From: Candidatus Saccharimonadales bacterium
GTDB taxonomy: Bacteria; Patescibacteriota; Saccharimonadia; Saccharimonadales; UBA4665
Direction of reading: 5' to 3'
DNA: 64,000 nucleotides
NCBI GenBank assembly: GCA_035478715.1
Contig: DATIJK010000041.1
Location: 2,550-66,549 of the forward strand
Position numbers and translations under genes: made by a program. The notes below the pieces were generated by a model, which saw nothing but the letters and a program-made list of their open reading frames with translations, ran no database searches and had not been told where the DNA came from. This document shows, piece by piece, positions 59,864 through 64,000 of the stretch. The number at the start of each line of letters is the position of its first letter. The first letter of the stretch is position 1.

Positions 59864-61299
59864 TTCGGGCGGCATTAAGTTTGTATAGTGTGCGGTATCC
59901 GTCGACCATCGTCTATATGCTGCAGTCGTGTGAATACCGGCCAGGACCATTCCTGGCGTGGTATTGGCGCACGCAGGATTTTTCGAGCGTCGCGCATCGA
60001 CGGGATCTCGAACGGACCAAACGGGCGAGGTTGTTGCTGACGGTACTCCGTGCGGGAATGTTCGCGCAGATCGTTGCCGGCATTTTACTAATCGCATTGT
60101 GGCATTTCAATGGCTTATCCGGCGGGTGGCAGTTCGGATTCGCTCTAATCTTATCTTATCCGATCGTTTGGGCGCATCTGATAACTATTCCGTTGTATTT
60201 GGGTAAGTGGTTCGTCGTTGCGCCGCAGGAGCGCCGGCTTATCAGCCAGTCCAAGCATATTTTTAGCAGTCATCGCGCCATCTGCATCGCCGTTGCCGGG
60301 AGCTATGGCAAAACCAGTATGAAAGAGATATTACTCACGGTGTTGAGCGAAGGCAAAAAAGTTGCTGCGACGCCGGCAAATAAAAACGTTTCGGTTTCCC
60401 ACGCTAAATTTGCCAGAAATTTGAGCGGTGATGAAGAAGTTATCATTGTGGAATTCGGTGAGGGCAAGCCCGGCGACGTCAAGCGGTTTGCGAATTATAC
60501 GCAGCCAACGCACGCCGTCATAACCGGATTGGCTCCCGCACACCTCGACAGATACAAGACCTTGCAGAATGCTGGAAAAGATATTTTCTCGCTTGCGGAA
60601 TTTTTGGATCACCGTAACGTGTATGTAAACGGCGAGTCGCCCGATGCGGTTGATTTCATTGCAAAAGGCGACGATGTTTATACTGCCGAAGGCGCACTTG
60701 GCTGGAACATCTCAAACATAAATTTGGCGATTACCGGCACAAGTTTTGTCATGACAAAAGGCAAGCACAAAATGAAACTCGCCAGCAGCCTGCTTGGCCG
60801 GCACAATGTCGGACCGTTGGCATTGGCTGCAGCGCTCGCATATGAAATCGGATTGTCTGAAAAACAAATCATAAGTGGAGTTGCAAAAGTTTTGCCGTAC
60901 GAACACCGTATGCAGCCATACTCACTAGGTGGCGCCTGGGTCGTCGACGATACGTATAATGGCAATATCGAGGGTGTCCGCGCCGGCACAGAATTGCTCA
61001 AAGCACTTCCTGCGAAGCGTAAGATTTATGTGACGCCAGGCTTAGTAGACCAGGGCAAAAAATCAAAAGAAATTCACGAAACAATGGGCGAATTGATTGC
61101 CAAAGCCAAACCGGACCAGGTAGTGCTGATGCATAATTCCGCCGCCCCGCACATCAAAGCCGGGTTAGATAAAGCCAAATACAAGGGCGAAATCACCATC
61201 GAAAAAGATCCATTATTGTTCTACACGAACCTCGACCAGTTCGTAGCGGTAGGCGACATCGTCCTAATGCAGAACGACTGGACCGACAATTACGCATAA
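59860..61299 (+). CDS. murF: MurF-like Mur ligase with a two-TM N-terminal region in place of the usual N-domain
   Basis: P-loop AVAGSYGKTSMKE, EFGEGKPGD, ITGLAPAHLD, DDTYNGN, TPGLVDQG. Residues ~60-125 are hydrophobic (MFAQIVAGILLIALW; FGFALILSYPIVWAHLITIPLYLG). ATGA overlap with the upstream gene. Confidence 0.75.
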   Translation: MIRAALSLYSVRYPSTIVYMLQSCEYRPGPFLAWYWRTQDFSSVAHRRDLERTKRARLLLTVLRAGMFAQIVAGILLIALWHFNGLSGGWQFGFALILSYPIVWAHLITIPLYLGKWFVVAPQERRLISQSKHIFSSHRAICIAVAGSYGKTSMKEILLTVLSEGKKVAATPANKNVSVSHAKFARNLSGDEEVIIVEFGEGKPGDVKRFANYTQPTHAVITGLAPAHLDRYKTLQNAGKDIFSLAEFLDHRNVYVNGESPDAVDFIAKGDDVYTAEGALGWNISNINLAITGTSFVMTKGKHKMKLASSLLGRHNVGPLALAAALAYEIGLSEKQIISGVAKVLPYEHRMQPYSLGGAWVVDDTYNGNIEGVRAGTELLKALPAKRKIYVTPGLVDQGKKSKEIHETMGELIAKAKPDQVVLMHNSAAPHIKAGLDKAKYKGEITIEKDPLLFYTNLDQFVAVGDIVLMQNDWTDNYA

Positions 61300-61345
61300 T
61301 AAATGTATATTGTAATTGTATGCATTAATTGCTATATTTAATTGC

Positions 61346-62521
61346 ATGAAAACAATAGCAGTTATTTTTGGTGGGCGGAGTGCCGAGCACGATGTATCTA
61401 TCGTCACGGCTATATCAAGCATTATCAAACCTCTGGAACTGAGCCGGCAGTTTAAGGTTGAAGCAGTATATATTGCCAAAAACGGCGCATGGTTTTGGGA
61501 CGATAAGCTCAAAGACATCAAGCTGTTCACATCCGGTGAAATAGATCAGTTCGTCAGCCGAACACAACCTGCCAGCGTGCAATTCGATGGCGGCATGACA
61601 TTGTCTAAAGCTGGCGGTCTTGCAGGCAGGCGTCAAACCAAAAAAATCGACGTCGTTTTTCCGGCGATGCACGGCACTTACGGAGAAGACGGTGCATTAA
61701 TGGGCTTATTAGACATGGCTGGCGTAGCGTATGTCGGCTGCGGCATGGATGCCGGTGTGCTAGCAATGGACAAACTGCTTGCTAAACAAGTAACGGCTTC
61801 GTATGGCATTCCAAGCAGCAAATTCGTCGGCGTCTTATCACGCGAGCTCGAGCAGAACCCATCAAAAATCGTCAATCATCTAACCAAAGAATTGAATTAT
61901 CCAATATATGTCAAACCGGCACATTTGGGCTCAAGTATTGCAATTTCTCGGGTTAAAAATGATGATGAGTTGCGAAATGCTCTAGAAGTAGCTGCAAAAT
62001 ACGACGACACCATAATTGTGGAAGAGGCGGTTAATAACTTGATCGAATTGACGCTGCCGATTATGGGCAACCACGATCTGACTCCGGCATTCCTAGAGCA
62101 ACCGCTGGTACATGCCGAAGACTTTTTCGATTTCGAAACGAAATACATGGGGCAGGGAGGCAAAAAAGGCGGCGGCAAGAAAATGGGCGGCAAACGCGGT
62201 GCTCAGGGGTATAGTAAAATTCCGGCTGATTTACCCAAAGACTTGTACCAAAAAGCCGAAGGTATTGGGTTGGCCGTATATCGCGCGCTTAATTGTTCCG
62301 GAACTGCTCGCATCGACATGTTGGTCGACAGCAAGACTAAAGAAGTATTTTTCAATGAGGTCAACCCGATGCCCGGTAGCATATATGCCCACAATTGGCG
62401 GGCTAAAGGGATCAGCAATATTGAGCTTGTCACCCGATTGGTTGAACTCGGTGAAGCTCGGTTCCGCGAACGCCAGGCACTTAGCACAGTATTCAGCAGT
62501 AACTTCCTGAAGCAATTCTAA
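61346..62521 (+). CDS. ddl: D-alanine--D-alanine ligase
   Basis: IAVIFGGRSAEHDVS, HGTYGEDGALMGLLD, ATP-grasp core (YVKPAHLGSSI, IVEEAV, NEVNPMPGS). ATG at 61346 preferred. Confidence 0.9.
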   Translation: MKTIAVIFGGRSAEHDVSIVTAISSIIKPLELSRQFKVEAVYIAKNGAWFWDDKLKDIKLFTSGEIDQFVSRTQPASVQFDGGMTLSKAGGLAGRRQTKKIDVVFPAMHGTYGEDGALMGLLDMAGVAYVGCGMDAGVLAMDKLLAKQVTASYGIPSSKFVGVLSRELEQNPSKIVNHLTKELNYPIYVKPAHLGSSIAISRVKNDDELRNALEVAAKYDDTIIVEEAVNNLIELTLPIMGNHDLTPAFLEQPLVHAEDFFDFETKYMGQGGKKGGGKKMGGKRGAQGYSKIPADLPKDLYQKAEGIGLAVYRALNCSGTARIDMLVDSKTKEVFFNEVNPMPGSIYAHNWRAKGISNIELVTRLVELGEARFRERQALSTVFSSNFLKQF

Positions 62522-62533
62522 GCAGGTGAAATC

Positions 62534-63694
62534 ATGCTACGTAAACACGCCAAGAATGCTATTAAGCATTTCAGCGCGAACAATCGCTACAGGACGCTTA
62601 ACCGTATAGAGATCAATGCTCAAACATTGACTCGCAACGTATCGTTGATACAAAGAAAGCATCCAGATTTTGAGATAATCCCCGTGCTGAAAGGCAATGC
62701 ATATGGCCATGGCCTCGAACAGGTGGCACAGATACTGAACGATGCGGAATGCCATTATTTGGCAGTAGACGGATATTTTGAAGCAGCGAAGATTCGCGAT
62801 ATTACAAAGCATCATATCCTAGTGATGGGATACATACTGCCAGAAAATGTGCAATTGCTTGATACTAAACGCTGCTCATTCGTTGCACAAGATGAACATG
62901 ATTTGCGAGCATTTGGATCATTGGGAAAACCGGTGAAAATACACCTCGAGCTTAACACTGGATTTAATCGTCTTGGTATCCAGCCAGAGGAATTGCAGAC
63001 TTATCTTGACACGCTGAAAAAATTTCCGAACATCAAACTTGAAGGCGTCATGACACATTTGGTCGATGCTGATAACGAATCGGATGATTCGTTCGATGTA
63101 AAGCAGCAAAAAATATTTGACGATTGCGTTAAGCAGATTCTTGCATCAGGCTTCAATCCCAAACTTATTCATATCGCCCAGACAGCCGGCAGTGCGAAAA
63201 TACAGAGTAAATTTGCGAACGCTATACGGCTTGGGATCGGCCAGTACGGAATAAATCCTTATACGCCGAAAGACTCGCATTACGCTGATTTGGCCGGACT
63301 GAAACCACCGCTTGAGCTGAAAAGCACCATCATTAAAACTATTGATCTCAAGGCAGGTGAAACCGTGGGCTATAACGCTACCTTCAAAGTAGCCAGACCA
63401 ATGCGGATCGGGGTGTTGCCACTGGGATTTTACGAAGGGCTTCCACGAACACTCAGTAACAAAGGCTGTGCCACTTCTGACGGTCAAGTGCTACCTATTG
63501 TCGGCCGGATATGCATGAATCACACGATGATCGATTTGGGCCAAACAAATCTTAAAATTGGTGATGAAGTAACGTTGATCAGTGGTGATACGTTTGCTCC
63601 AAATTCGATCATAAGCTTACAGACAAAGTTTAACTTGTTCGCATATGAAACTCTGACCGGATTGTCGGATAGTATCAGACGGATTATCGTCTGA
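62534..63694 (+). CDS. alr: Alanine racemase
   Basis: PLP-lysine box PVLKGNAYGHG, MTHL, RLGIGQYG, GYNATF, PLGFYEG, GRICMNHTMID. Confidence 0.9.
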   Translation: MLRKHAKNAIKHFSANNRYRTLNRIEINAQTLTRNVSLIQRKHPDFEIIPVLKGNAYGHGLEQVAQILNDAECHYLAVDGYFEAAKIRDITKHHILVMGYILPENVQLLDTKRCSFVAQDEHDLRAFGSLGKPVKIHLELNTGFNRLGIQPEELQTYLDTLKKFPNIKLEGVMTHLVDADNESDDSFDVKQQKIFDDCVKQILASGFNPKLIHIAQTAGSAKIQSKFANAIRLGIGQYGINPYTPKDSHYADLAGLKPPLELKSTIIKTIDLKAGETVGYNATFKVARPMRIGVLPLGFYEGLPRTLSNKGCATSDGQVLPIVGRICMNHTMIDLGQTNLKIGDEVTLISGDTFAPNSIISLQTKFNLFAYETLTGLSDSIRRIIV

Positions 63695-63721
63695 TACTAA
63701 TTAATTACCGGGTTTAAAATT

Positions 63722-64000
63722 ATGAGCGAAGTACCTAAAAATACTATTGAAAGTAAACTTGACCCTGAATTGCTCAGGCCCATCCCGCCAGTACCCTCTG
63801 TCGCGGGCTGGAAAGAAGTGCCGTTTCAGCCGTCTACTTTAGATGACGATTTAGTTCCGATGGGTTTCGCGGCGCCTGAATTCTGGTCTGTAGGAACTGA
63901 TTCTATTTATGGCGGTGAACGCGAAGCTTCTCCATATCGTTTCGGTGAAATGGGTGCCACTACGGCTGTATTTGTGCGTCGCAGCATTGCTAGGCGATTA
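63722..64000 (+). CDS. 5' part of an ORF running off the window; possibly an M15 (VanX/DdpX-like) D-Ala-D-Ala peptidase
   Basis: ATG at 63722; the frame is open for all 93 codons to the window end. LVPMG..IY..SPY..AVFVRRSIARRL loosely resembles the VanX-family N-terminus. Context follows murF-ddl-alr. Confidence 0.35.
   Translation, partial: MSEVPKNTIESKLDPELLRPIPPVPSVAGWKEVPFQPSTLDDDLVPMGFAAPEFWSVGTDSIYGGEREASPYRFGEMGATTAVFVRRSIARRL

Noticed and set aside
1-64000. CRISPR arrays, IS elements, integrases, reverse transcriptases, restriction-modification or other recognisable defence genes
   Set aside because: I scanned all intergenic regions and ORF translations. I found no regularly spaced repeats and no DDE, tyrosine-recombinase, serine-recombinase, RT or Cas motifs.
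1-64000. Alternative genetic code (UGA recoded, as in some CPR lineages)
   Set aside because: Many well-defined genes terminate at TGA at the expected family length (e.g. 45166..46068, 62534..63694). No conserved gene is interrupted by in-frame TGA.

Overview
This 64-kb window looks like a compact, gene-dense bacterial chromosome segment. By inference from gene content and style, it resembles a reduced-genome Patescibacteria/CPR organism such as Saccharibacteria. It uses the standard genetic code (TGA acts as a stop). I support about 60 CDS, five tRNA genes (all with encoded CCA) and several intrinsic terminators and promoters. I see no rRNA, CRISPR array, transposase, integrase, reverse transcriptase or cas-like gene.

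Most content is housekeeping:
- DNA repair and replication: uvrA (5' truncated by the window edge), uvrC, ligA, rdgB, an EEP nuclease.
- Cell wall: a murF-like/ddl/alr cluster, a D-Ala-D-Ala carboxypeptidase, a peptidoglycan-binding protein.
- Transport: three tandem MsbA-like ABC exporters, two ABC-2 systems, corA, an orphan family-5 binding protein.
- Proteases and stress: htpX/lemA, pepP, an SPFH protein, an RRM protein, a DEAD-box helicase.
- Secreted glycoside hydrolases: two GH12-like and one GH16.

The least ordinary signals sit at tRNA loci:
1. An exact 22-nt duplication of the tRNA-Val 3' end, plus a degenerate copy of its terminator, brackets a GC-rich multi-hairpin segment.
2. A roughly 110-nt element with conserved termini sits exactly at the CCA end of two unrelated tRNA junctions.
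3. A 14-nt direct repeat of the tRNA-Ala(GGC) 3' end bounds a 2.3-kb integrase-less islet holding three orphan genes.

Other items worth a second look:
- a protein that is about 35% histidine;
- a promoter-to-hairpin structured leader upstream of corA;
- widespread leaderless-type promoters;
- a murF-like ligase with a transmembrane N-terminus;
- a ligA lacking its zinc-finger cysteines.

All functional calls rest on motif recognition by eye; I ran no searches.
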